Origin: Octopus bimaculoides
Taxonomy: Eukaryota
Reading direction: 5' to 3'
Assembly: GCF_001194135.2 (NCBI RefSeq)
Contig: NC_068991.1
Location: 43,015,227-43,079,226 of the forward strand
DNA: 64,000 nt
Shown here: positions 38,901 through 51,510 of the stretch, piece after piece
Position numbering within the stretch: the first letter of the stretch is position 1
Layout: each line of letters starts with the position of its first letter
The notes under the pieces: generated by a model
The model's database searches: none
Told to the model about the DNA's origin: nothing
What the model saw: only the letters and a program-made list of their open reading frames with translations
Program-made: the position numbers and the translations under genes

Positions 38901-41725
38901 TGGGATTTCAAGGAGATTTAGCTGTCATTTCCAACAGGATGAATGACTACCTAAAGGTTCTTTCCTTTGCTCATTTAACAGGTTTTAATTTTATGTCCTG
39001 AGTTTGCTAATTTGTATTAATTTGGATCTGAACTGTTGATCCATAAGTTTTTGTTGTAGAACATTCTTTCTAAACACTGACCACTCAGATATGGAACTGA
39101 AGAATGGTAGCAAGTTTTCACTGCTGTGGTAACTTAAGTAATTAATGTGCCTTGCTGTGGATGAAGTAATACTATTGATACCATAGTAAAGTTTCAACAC
39201 AGACTTACATTCAGTAGTTTAGCATTTTAATCTCAATTTTTTATTAATTATTACTTTCTTATTGTTCATCTCATATCTGCTATGAATGTTGTTGTGGTTA
39301 ACGTTTTCTTTAATTTCTGGCTTTGTAAGAAATTCATCTATTAAATTTTATAATCTTCTAAATTTCTAGAAAATAACATATTTTTGTTGCTCCTTTTTTA
39401 ACATGAATACATTAGTTCAACCTGAAAATTGCTTCTTGTTGTTGTTGCTGCTGCCACATTCACAGTATGTCCAACATTATTATTTCTACATGTAACTTCC
39501 CATACATGGAAGCATTCAAGCAACCAGCATTGAAGTGAGGAAATATTAGTGCGTATGCTTTCATTATTGGTGAATCCATCACCTGGTTAACACTATTTGT
39601 CCCTTCAGTAAAATCTTCATTTGCAAGCATTTGAACACAATCCCAGATTAAGGATAACTTGTTTTGATGTACAGCTGTTTACTGCAACTTCCCTTGCATA
39701 GTGTTACTGCTTGTTAAGAACAGGTGGGAGTTATTCTCTAGTAGAAGCTCACCATTATATATGACAAGCTTAGCCCTTTGAATGATGCCCAAAGACTGCA
39801 ACTCTATTTCCTAACAAGTCTTCATGCAACCTCAGACTTCTACGAACGCATAGGTTGTGGTGTCATCGTTTCTTTCTTCCACCAATCCTGAAATATATAG
39901 GTACTAACTTTTGACTTTATCTAGAGTGATCAGAGAAAAATTGTAATGCCTCTTTTGAACTGGTGGCTTAAAATTACTTCTAATTAAATTTCCAAATTGC
40001 TTTTTGTTTTTTTTTTGTTTGTTTTTTTTGTTATTTCCTTACATTTTCTAATTCTTAATGTTTTGTATCTTTTATTTGCATATCTTTACATAATTTTTAC
40101 ACTACTCACTCCATAGATTTATCTAAATCTCTGCTGTAGGCTTCATTTTAACTTCCCTAGTGACATTCTGTAAAGTGACTCTCATAAAAGAAAGCTCTTT
40201 TATTTCTTACATGTAGTTGTTATTGCAGTTATACTTAAGAAATTTGGGGATTGATAAATATTGATTTGCATTCCTGTGGTATTATCCCCCTAATGGGAGA
40301 TTTTCTTTCACAGTACATCCAGGCTCCAGTTCAAAGCTATTTCAATAAAGACTGTGCTTACATAAGATCTTGTAAAAATTATTGGTGATGGTCTGAAAGA
40401 GGTGTAAGCTTACATGGAAGGAATTAATGACTCCAGAAGAAAATAAGAAAAGTCTAAATCTATTTGATTTCTTTTCCATTAGCATAGGACAGGGTAAATC
40501 AAAAATTGAGATCCATACCTTTTTCAAGGACATATGTAAAACAAATTGCTTACAACTGGACAATAAAATCCTATTCAAAGGCTTGTGGTACTTAAATTTT
40601 ACTATTACTGTCTATATAGTGGTGGTAAAATATGTAAGCAATTCATTCAGTAGTTCATAGTTTGATTTTAGTTTCCAGATGGAATCAGTTTACTTCAGTA
40701 ACCAATGCACCAATATATAAACATCCCAGTTACACTTCTTAACTCTAAATTAGATTGTCATAATAACTATGCGTAAGGCAGTGAAGTGGCAGAAATGAGA
40801 GAGTTGGACTTAATCCTTTTCTGGTTCTTCAATTTCTACTGTAGTCAGCTTTACTTTTCCTGAAGCAAAGTTGACTGCTAGTGACAATACGTACTTGTCA
40901 TGTACTGAAGTTGACTCATTCAACTGTATCTTTTCAATACAGAATTGTGGTCTTATGCCAAAGTTAGAAATCATTATTAGAAATAAACAATTGTGAAGCA
41001 TTCTCTTAATTTAAATTCATAGTCTAATTTCAATTCTTATTTCAGGCCATCAAGCTTTATTTATTTGCTTATACTCTTAGGAAATGCATTATTGCCTCAG
41101 CATTCAGTAGCCTATATTCTAAGTCTCACATTATACAAGACTATTACATTTGTTATTACAAAGACAGTTGGAAATGTCTAAGGTTTTGCAAGTTTTCATG
41201 CCTCTTGGTGCTGAGTTGTTCACAGGTAAAGTAGATGGTGCTGATATGGTCATCAGATGTGATGAGATGTTCTGGCATGAGTCTAGGGGAGTGGATTATA
41301 AACCTAATTTAGCTCAGATGTTGAAAGTAGCTAAAATATTTCTGGTCTGATGTGGTGGCACAAGCTAGTAAACAGCTCAAATGAGATGGATGTTAGTCAA
41401 GATTAGTGAAACAATCAAACACACCAAGTCAAGTTGACCAGTCAAAGACTTCTATCAACATTCAGTTCCAACTACTAATTTTTTTCTCCTCCATTTAATA
41501 TGTCTTGTTATATTTTGGATATAATGTTTGTTAGTGTTTACATTCTGTTCAAGGAATTTGACCGACCACCTACATGGTCATGCATATAGGTGTATTGTGA
41601 CTTGGACAACATAAAACAAATGTTTTACTTATTACTAATAGTAATTGTTGTTGCTATTCATGTTGGCTAATGTAATATATTGTGTGTTATATAATAATGA
41701 GGGTTTTAATTTCTATTCATTTCAG

Positions 41726-41790
41726 AATACAGCGAGATGAAATGAAAAGCCAACATCAACGTCAGCTGTCTGGTGGAGTTAACAATATAG
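41726..41790 (+). CDS. ena: Ena/VASP gene, linker exon (IQRDEMKSQHQRQLSGGVNNIG), 5'-most exon found
   Basis: Acceptor ttcatttcAG and donor G|GTAAGA. The 65-nt exon is open and its phase-1 end joins the GA at 44075 to form GGA in frame. No diagnostic family motif, so the assignment rests on splice phase and position. Confidence 0.72.
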
Positions 41791-44074
41791 GTAAGAAACC
41801 CGTGGCTCAGAAAATATCTTCAAAATCACTTACAATGGTAGTGGTCTTCAACTCCCAGTTTGTCTCCTCTATCTGTTTCTCCCCTATCTCTCTCTCTCTT
41901 TTATATCTATAATTTGTGTGTGTGTGTGTGTGTTGGTATATTTCTTCATCAAAAACATTCTCTTGGTATCAGCCAGATGCAACATATCAAGGAAATAAAT
42001 ATATCTATATAGAAGCCTATTAAGCCATAATGAAAACATTTTCTTTGGGGTGCTGGGAGTATTAAGACAGCAGTCAAGTGGGAAAGCTGCTCTCAGTAGA
42101 CAGTTATACAGTCACAGTTCCACTACAACAAAAGCAAGTAAACTCTGTGAAGAGTTTACTCTTGTGCGATGCCCCCAAACTGTTTGATGATGGAAGGCCA
42201 ACATGTTAGAAGTAGTACTGAAAAGTAGAGCTAATGATTTTTCTTAAAGTACACAAATTAATATTCCAGTATAATGTAAATGACAAGGCTTTCTTTAATA
42301 TCATTTAAGATTGTTCTTTAAGTAACCATATCTTGAACCTAGAGCTGTTACTCTATCTTTAACTATATCTTGAGTTTGTAATACAAAATTAGTAATTATG
42401 AGATAATATTTTTTCTGATATTTATTATTTATACAGGATTATTTTGTTTTGTTTTTTATTTTTTAATTGGTGGTATTGCTACAAGTACCACTCATAATAT
42501 TGGTAAATATATTAACAACTTTTTACTCATCAGTTTCTGTGTCTATATCAGACACTTCTAGTATATTATGGTAACTGTTAGTTTGCAGGTGTGGAAATTA
42601 TTCCAGACACAAACTGAAAACAATTCTGACTTCATTCAATTTGCCCTGCCATGGCAGTTGCTATTTCCTTTGCAATTCAGGAAAGTATTAGATTTGTGAG
42701 ATGTACATATAATATCCATTTTCAACAAATGTACTTTTTTTTTTTTTTTTGATTGGTGTAAGTTTTATATCCATTTACTATTTTTGCTTTTTCCATTCTA
42801 AGAGTGGAATGGTTTCAGCTGGAGGTGAAACAATTGTTATAACAATAAAATGTCTTTCCTATTCCTAGCCATCCAGCTGTAAATGAAGTAAGAGTTGAAC
42901 TTGCTTTTCTTGGTCAGGCAAACTGGGGCAAACTTAGTTATACATGTCTTGTATAAGGACATGGCACAATGTATTGTGTTCAACTTTGCTGAGAAATGAA
43001 TTAATTATGGTTCATTCTCAGCAAAGTATGATACCTTAAATAATAATCTTAAAATCTTGGGCAAGTATAGAAGTTTTTTCTCAATACTTTCTGAATATGA
43101 ACTCATAGCCTAGAAGCCATAAATATAGTAGATTACCCAATCAGACACCATACCTGTGAGCAATAATGATATGAATAATGAATTTATTTTATTAAACTTA
43201 AAGACTAATATGTAATTATATATAGAAACTTAATTTGTATATCTCATTCTTGGTGCTTTGAAAGAGAAGAAATGGAAAATTATGATTTTACTTAGCATCA
43301 GGTTAATTTTTAATATAGGGGTACAGTCATTTGAATAAGCCAAGTATATAACTACTTTTTTACTATCATGTGATGGGGATCTCGCATTTTTTAGTTCAAA
43401 TCCTAACAAGGTCAACAGATACAATCAACTGAATAACCCATAGTATGTGCTTGGCACATACTATGCTTAATTGGCTACTAAGGTTTGAATACAATAAAAG
43501 TGAGATTAAAAGACAGCTTTTCCAGCACTCTACAGCCTCTGACATCCCTGATGGTAAAGGTGTTGGTGATGCTTTAATTTCACTTAACCTCAGAGCTGAA
43601 ATATTTATGACTGGAATTCGGATATGTGAAACATCGATGCACCACCAAATATGAAGTAAGTTTTCCAAAAACTGATTCCACAACCTGTTTCTGATCCTTG
43701 ATGGAAAAATAAAGTTATTCTCATTTTTCTTTTACCTTTTCAATCTATAGTTTGATTTTTGTTTCTCTCTCTTTCTCTCCCTCTCTCTTGCTCCTCCTCT
43801 CTTGCTCCCTCTCTCTCTCTCTCTCTCATTTTCCAGTTTCTTTAGTTTAAGCCACATGCTTCACTCAAGAACACAGCAATACCTCTGGGAGTGTTTAAGC
43901 TAAACTTATGACACTTAACTAATCAATCCAGAAAACATTGAAATTATAATCTGCAGCAAAAATAAGTGTGTTAAGTGTACTGCTGAGACTTGATTGGTTG
44001 ACAGAAGCATAAAAATTATGAAAGGCCACATTCTTATGTTCAGTGTAATAACATTTATTGACTTCTCTTTACAG

Positions 44075-44421
44075 GAATGAAGGATCCTTCACCCCAGTCT
44101 ATGATGATGGCAAATTCTGGTGGAACTCTTAATAGGGAACAGGTATCTTCTTCGTCTCAGCCGCCTGTAGCACCACCGGTGCCCCCTGCACCACCTGGGC
44201 CACCTCCAGCAATGACAGGTCCACCCAAGCCCCCAGCTGCTCCTACTGTGCCAGTAGCACCCCAGCCTCCACCTGTTGGAGCACCACCACCACCCCCTCC
44301 CCCACCACCTCTTCCNNNNNNNNNNNNNNNNNNNNNNNNNNNNNTAGCTGCACCTATGCCGACTGGAGGAGGGGGACTTGCTGAAGCACTCCAGAAAGCC
44401 AAGTTAAAGTCTGTTGCACGG
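44075..44421 (+). CDS. ena: Ena/VASP gene, proline-rich exon ending in the G-actin-binding (GAB/WH2-like) motif
   Basis: Acceptor ttctctttacAG and donor CGG|GTAAGT. Encodes PPVAPPVPPAPPGPPP...GAPPPPPPPPL, then GGGGLAEALQKAKLKSVAR, similar to VASP GLAAAIAGAKLRKV. Contains a 29-N gap. Confidence 0.9.
44316..44344. other. Assembly gap (29 N) inside the polyproline-coding exon
   Basis: N run. Confidence 0.99.
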
Positions 44422-44632
44422 GTAAGTTACTTGAGGGAGACTTGTGATATCTTTTTGATTCGTTCACCCCTGGGTTGTATAAATATATACATGCATAGCC
44501 TGACATGCTGATAGGCAAAACTCAGTCATGTTAGTCAAGCTCCAACTCCAAATAAATTTTATTCCGATACATATCATATTGAATACATTTTTCTGATGTT
44601 CATAATCATCAATGTTCACTCACATATTCATT

Positions 44633-44633
<1 letters not shown>

Positions 44634-44676
<43 letters not shown>
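44634..44676. repeat. (CA)n microsatellite
   Basis: Direct observation. Confidence 0.97.
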
Positions 44677-44682
<6 letters not shown>

Positions 44683-46441
44683 GTGGTGGAAGAATTCAAA
44701 TAGCTGTTTATAATGATCTTTAGAGTTCTGATAAATACTCAAGCAACTTAAAAGTTCTTCAGAACGCATAGATAGTAGATAAATATTGTTAGTAAGACTG
44801 GCTATGCATGAAACATCGTAAGGATAAAAGAAATCGCTAGTTAGATATACTTAATATGTAATGCGTTAGTTATATGTATTGTGTTCTCTCTTGACACTTC
44901 ATCATTAGTGAATACCACATAAATTTGTATACTTATTCTTGAAAATGTTCACATTTCTTAAATACATTATGGAGCGTAATATGAAAACAAACTTTTTGTT
45001 AGTGGAGCACTTAAGTAATATTAACGCAATGTTAGGATATTTTATTTGGAGGTTTAATTAGTTGAGTAGATGACTGATTTGTCTCTTGATTAAAGAAGAT
45101 AACAAAGAGAAAAATCTTAAAGACTTTAATTTTTACATACATAAAAGAAGGGTTGCTCAATCATACATTGTAGCTTAATACAACTGCAGTTAGTACCCAA
45201 GTTTGTAATCTCTTTAATCATAGCTGAATAGTCCATTTTTTCCTTTGAATATAGTATATCTAAGACCTTATTATCCCAAGGGCTCTTCCTTTTTATAAGA
45301 GGGTAAGGCGTAAATTTGGCTACTTCTAGCAGCTTGAACAAGTGCATAGAGGCTTCCCTTATTGGCTAGTTATACAGATGATTGCTATATAGAGTCGAGT
45401 GTAGTTGTAATCCAGTCACGTTTTTAAGTTATGTTGTCGGTATCTCTATAGAGTTATACTGTCTGTCAGAGATATAGTTTCATGCAGTCAGTTGGATCTG
45501 TCATGACCTCTCAACTCTCATGTAACTAATTGACTTTATGTTGTAACCAACTTTTCTCCCTTCACTCAGTTTCAATCATTTAGTCTCTGCTTTAATATAT
45601 GTGGCAAGAGGAATAAATGTCTGAGCTCTCTAGAATAATCTTGGCCTTGAGAGTAATTTAGTAAACAGCAAGTAAGGTGGTGTTTCCTTCAGTGTTGTTT
45701 ATCTTAACATTTTTTTCTATTCTCTAGTGAAATTCATTCCCTTGCTCTTTGGCTTTTGTTGCTTGCACCAAACTTCAGACAAGCATTTGTCTTCTTGAAA
45801 GAAGAATGTTGTTTGTTTCTAATTTAAAAAATTGTTTGATTAAAGGAAAACATTACATTTGGTTTGTGAAGCTTGTGGGTTGTGAGCCAAGAAAATACAA
45901 AAAATTATTTTGACAGACCATTTTTTGCTGGCTGTACTTCAGTTTTAACATTTTGTGTGGTATGCCATTTTACTGATTGCAACATACTAACTATAGTTGA
46001 ATCCAGACCTTCATACACAGAAATGGTTATCTCCCTTATTTCTAAAACTACTATTCTGATTGCTCTCTTGTTTCTCTCTTAATAATATTTGCAGTGTCTA
46101 ATCTTTGAAAGTCATTTACTTATGGCTCCAGTTTTTGGTTAATGTTTGCCAACTTAATTCAGACAAATTCATGCATCAGTGTTTTGGCATGGTTGCATGT
46201 TGTTGTGAATCTGCATTTTGATTTTCTTTTCACTTTTTCATAAGAAATGCTTGTTTTGTCAATCAGATGAAATTAACCAATGAGTCTTGTGGATCTTATA
46301 TGAAATATTGCACTCTTTATTGAGTTTTTTTTAATTCTTTTTCTCAAATTTGTTCTTAAATGTTCCCTTTCAATTATCTTTGTTTATTTTTAATTATTAT
46401 ATGAGAGATATCATCAATATTTATTATATATATATATATAT

Positions 46442-46506
46442 NNNNNNNNNNNNNNNNNNNNNNNNNNNNNNNNNNNNNNNNNNNNNNNNNNNNNNNNNNN
46501 NNNNNN
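46442..46506. other. Assembly gap (65 N) within a (TA)n-(CA)n-(CT)n compound microsatellite
   Basis: N run flanked by dinucleotide repeats. Confidence 0.99.
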
Positions 46507-47869
46507 CACACACACACACACACACACACACACTCTCTCTCTCTCTCTCTCAGAATTTAGTTACTTCTTGAACTAAATTTTTGTTAATCATACACTATGA
46601 AAGTTCAATTTTAATCATTTTAATATATTTAAAGTGGATATAGATTAACTTTATCAATATTTGATGAGTACTTTAAGATTTAAACCTTTTTATTTCTTAC
46701 TATAATTATTCCTTCTAATTCAACACATCCTTCCACAAAGAAATTAAGTGCTTCACTTATTCTACAGTATAGTTACTTCACTATCTATTCTGGCATCTCA
46801 AAAACTATCAAAGTTAGAAAATATTTTTGGATAAATTATTTACTCTGTAGATTTCTTTCTTCGGATAGTGCCAATGCTAGGGAACTACCTTTAAAAAAAA
46901 TTTTTGTCAGAATTTTTTCTTGTTCAGTCTTTATATTTGGATGTATGCATATGCTAAGTAAGCTATCAATTGTAGGAAAAGTAAAATAAAATAGAAATAT
47001 ATTCTCAAGCATATTGACATGGAAACCTAATTTATTTCAGTTGTCAATGGTTATAGCCATTTAGTAGTACAAAATACATTCAGATATTGACAATAGTCGA
47101 GAAACTTTTCATTAGTTTTCACTTGGTTTTAATATAGGGTCAAATATTTCTTTTGCTAATGTAGCAGAAAGGGAGAATTACGCATTGAATATGCCCTGTT
47201 TGTTTTGTTTTTTTTTAATTTTTATGTCCAACTTTAGATTACTTGCCTACATACTCTTTCTTCCTGTTACTCAATTGTTCAGACACCAGCTCTTCTACTT
47301 AATGATTATTTTTTATATATGTCATTACCTGATCAATTTCTTGTTTCATAGAAAATCAAAAATAATTTTCTCTATTAACCCAGCTGTATTTATTTAAAGA
47401 CAGTACTAAAATTATTTCTTTTCAGTAATTCTTAGTGCATTTAATTCTTATGTTTTATAGAATAGCAAATGAGCCATCTTGTCATTCTTGACTACTTATC
47501 ACTTAAAAGGCTCTCTATATCTTGTTACTGACACTGCTCTGTCACCCTGCCAAAGATGTTTTATATTCCATGAGCCAATCCACATAACTGTGAAAAGAAG
47601 TACAGATCACTTTCATAGGTAACAAGTACTTTGTTAGTGACATGTCACATTAGCTTTCAGTTTGGGGTTCAAATTCTTCCTGGGAGGTAGCTGGTTCTCA
47701 ATGACTAAACTATGTATCAGCTCCAGAATACTTTGCCTGTCAGTCAGAGTGAGCAATTTTTAGTAGCTATCAACATTCACAGGAACCTTGTAATAGAAAA
47801 TCTTGCTCAAATAATATTTGCTTACTCATCCACCATGCACTTGGATTCACTCTCCACATTCACTCCCAA

Positions 47870-48545
47870 TAGTCACACACTAGCTCTTCCACTCGATCAT
47901 GCATTAACTCTTCTACTCACTCATGTACTAGCACTTCCACTTGTTTTTCTACTTACTTACACACTAGCTCACTCAAACTCTTCCACTCTCACACGCACTA
48001 GATCCTCCACTCTCACACACACTAGCTCTTCCACTCTCACGCACACTAGCTCTTCCACTCTCACACACACTAGCTCTTCCACTCTCACACACACACTACC
48101 TCTTTCACTCACATGTACTAGCTATTCCACTCTCACGCACTAGCTTTTCCACTCTCACGTGCACTAGCTCTTCCACTCTCACGTGCACTAGCTCTTCCAC
48201 TCTCGCGCACACTAGCTCTTCCACTCTCGCGCACACTAGCTCTTCCACTCTCACGCACACTAGCTCTTCCACTCTCACGCACACGAGCTCTTCCACTCTC
48301 ACGCACACTAGCTCTTCCATTCTCACGTGCACTAGCTCTTCCACTCACACACGCACTAGCTCTTCCACTCACACGCACTAGCTCTTCCACTCTCACGTAC
48401 ATTAGCTCTTCCGCTCCCCATCGCACTAGCTCTTCTGCTCCCACACGCGCTAGCTCTTCCACTCCCTCGCACACTAGCTCTTCCGCTCCCACATGCACTA
48501 GCTCTTCCACTCTCACACACAGTAGCTCTTCCACTCATGTACTAT
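47870..48545. repeat. Minisatellite, 20-22 bp unit CACTAGCTCTTCCACTCTCACG(CA), about 30 copies
   Basis: Direct tandem repetition visible in the sequence; degenerate edges and a homogeneous centre. Confidence 0.97.
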
Positions 48546-51171
48546 CTCTGTTGCTCATCTACTCAAATACAATATGCATCCATTCACAGCCACTCGTAAT
48601 AGGAAATTTCATTCTTATTCTAATGTTGAATGAGAATTTTGTATATAAAGATATTTATGATCTTTAAATAATCTATAGTAATATTACATATTGTCTCATT
48701 ATGGATCTCATATTTACTATATGAACTAGCTTTATTATTTGTTCAAAGCCAAAATTAATTTAGTGTTTTATTTCTTTTTTCTTTTACTCGTTATTTATCA
48801 TAATGTTCCTACTTGGCTCATCTTCAATTGTCGGTATTCAGTCCATCATTGTTGAACATTTCACAAGAAGCAAAATCAGCTGTTATCTTGCACTTGAAGT
48901 TTATCTTTAACAGCTTCTCTCAACTAGCACTATAAATGGGCCAAATTCTCCCAGCTGCTTGGCTTCATGCCAGCTTCGCTCTCTACTGCCAAACAATAGC
49001 AAGCTGGATGTATTGTGTAGTGAAAGTACATCAACTGAATTCTTCAGTAATTTTATATCATAGGAAATTATTCTTCTACTTATACATACTTTTGTCCTAA
49101 AATATCTAATTTTTTTAAAAACTCTTGTTTTAAAAAAAAGGTAAATCACTGATATAAAAGGGTTTTTTTAATGTTTTATTGTATTTATACTTTAGGTCTT
49201 TTTTATTTTAGTTTCATGTTTTGTCATGTGAAAGCAATATCTTATCACAATATTGACATATATGATTAAGGATATTCTTTTATTTGCCATATATTACTTT
49301 TTTTTACTTATTTGTTGTTGTTTTATGAACAAAATGAGATACCTTAGATTAATTCTAATTTCCAGATATTCTATAAAAATAGCTATTTAATTTTCCAATA
49401 TTACTAAACAAGTTGGTTCCATGTAGTCTAATTAATGCTGGTTAATTTTCATGAGAATTTCTAGCCGATAATAGTGATTAAATGGGGTTTTTTTTATTGT
49501 CAAGACATATGTCCTTTTTTATAAAGGAGAATGACTATATAATTGAATGTATTGACCTATGTATATAACTGTTGCTTATTTTTAAAATCTTAACCCTTTG
49601 CCTGTCTATTGTATCACATGTGACACACAGGACATATTTCCCTGGCATCCATGCATCATATATGATACACATGCTCAATTTGTTTCAACTGTCAGAGTAA
49701 CTTGGGATGTATGGAAGGAGAGCTTTTTATTACTCAGAACATGTGAAATAAGGGCTAACTGAAAGTATAAAAACAAGCATTCAGAAAATTTTATGAAAAT
49801 GCTGTGGGCAGGCAAAAGTTAAAGGCTGGAAGAAACAACATAGTTGACTACAGTCATATTAGAAATATGGCAAGCTGAAGTAGATACTGCATACTGTTTG
49901 GACTGAACTTTTCTCTGTCTTTCCTAGTTATTTTTTTAATAAATGATTACAAAAATTCTTTTACATAGCAAAGAAGCTTAACATTTAGAGGAGGTAAAAT
50001 GAAAAGTTGCATTGCTAATAAATTTGAAAAGGCATGAATACCCTGTGTGAAGTAGAATGAGCTTGATTACTATAGCAATAAGCATAGTTAATAATAATAG
50101 TAATAATAATGATAATTTTTTTAAATAGGTGTACTTTTCAGCAAAATAACTCTCAGATGCACAAATAACTGTCTTTATTCAAACTTGACACAGAATCAAG
50201 CACAATAACTTGTCAGTCTTCCAATCTGTTGCACAAACTCATTCATGTAGTAGTTAGTAGTATTAGTTTTTATTTATGCATAGATGGCAAAATATAGTTG
50301 ATTGAACTATAATATATAAAACTGATACTTTTATCAAACTTGGAAGGAGTGTTAACAGTAGAGTCAGTCTCAATGTGAATTAAGCTTAGAATAGTTGGGC
50401 ACCAAACCAGATTGCTTTGTCTGGGGTATCTCCAACTGTACTAATTTCACTATCTCTGTAGTTGTTAGAATAATAATTTTATTGTAGTAACCATGTTTTT
50501 TAATACAGGTATACAGCCACAAATTTTTAGTGGTGCAGTAACAGTTAATATAATAAATCTCAGTATTTGGCTGGTTCATATTTTATTTATCGTAACCTTG
50601 CTGGCATTTTGAACTCAGAACTTAAAAGAACATGACTGAATACAGGAAGACATTTAATCTATCATTCTACTATTTCAGCTATCTGCAGCCCTTAATAATA
50701 ATAATAGTAATAATGTTTTGTTTTTTATTGTTTTCTTGTTTGTTTTTTGTAAATATAATATTGATTTCCTAAATATGCATAAAGTTTTCATTTTATAGAG
50801 AAGACTGGAAATAAAAGATAGTTTTCATATTTGTCAATACAAAAGGTTTTAGCAGTGAAATTGCAAACTCACTTCAGACTGGAAGCTCATAAACTCTGTT
50901 ATGAGAATACTCATTGTTGATCCCAGTTCTGACCTCTGTGATCTCTGACATTGCTAAAGGGCAACAGATTTGGGAAAAGTTGGGAACAATTTAGTTAACT
51001 TATCACTTCCAGGTATATGAAAAGCAAAGTTGAATCTAGAAAGATTTGATCTCAGAATGTAAAATGTTGAAACTGTATGCCCCGAAGCATTTTGTTTGGC
51101 GCTCTATTGTCTATCACTTTACTATCCTCCAATTATTATATAATAGTAATCCTATCATTATATAATAATAG

Positions 51172-51510
51172 ACAGTGCCTAGCTCAGTGGTTAGAGCATC
51201 AGGCTCACAACCATGAGGTACTGAGTTCGGTTCCCAGACCGGGTTGTGTGTTCTTGAGCAAAACACTTAGTTTCACATTTTCACGTTGCTCCGGTTCACT
51301 CAGCTGTAGAAATGAGTTGCAACATCACTGGTGCCAAGTTCTATCAGCCTCTGCCTTTCCCTTGGATATCACTGGTGGTGTGGAGAGGGAAGGTTGGTAT
51401 GCATAGGCAACTGTTGGTCTTCCATAAACAACCTTGCCCAGACTTGTGCCTTGGAGGGTAACTTTCTAGGTGCAATCCCATGGTCATTTATGACTGAAGG
51501 GGGTCTTTAT
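51172..51510 (+). mobile_element. tRNA-headed SINE, family C
   Basis: GCTCAGTGGTTAGAGC..GAGTTCGGTTCCC head; collinear with 55700-56033. Confidence 0.88.

Noticed and set aside
44157-44402. Gly-rich ORF on the - strand, and the Ala-rich - strand ORF at 53359-53571
   Set aside because: Antisense shadows of real + strand Ena exons.
47870-48545. Regularly spaced repeat resembling a CRISPR array, and the ORFs over it (47712-48538)
   Set aside because: Units are contiguous with no unique spacers, the context is eukaryotic and there are no cas genes. The ORFs are translations of the repeat.
51172-51245. tRNA-like sequences here and at 35220-35296, 55700-55770 and 61902-61975
   Set aside because: They continue into shared multi-copy bodies with tails or TSDs, so they are SINE heads and not tRNA genes.
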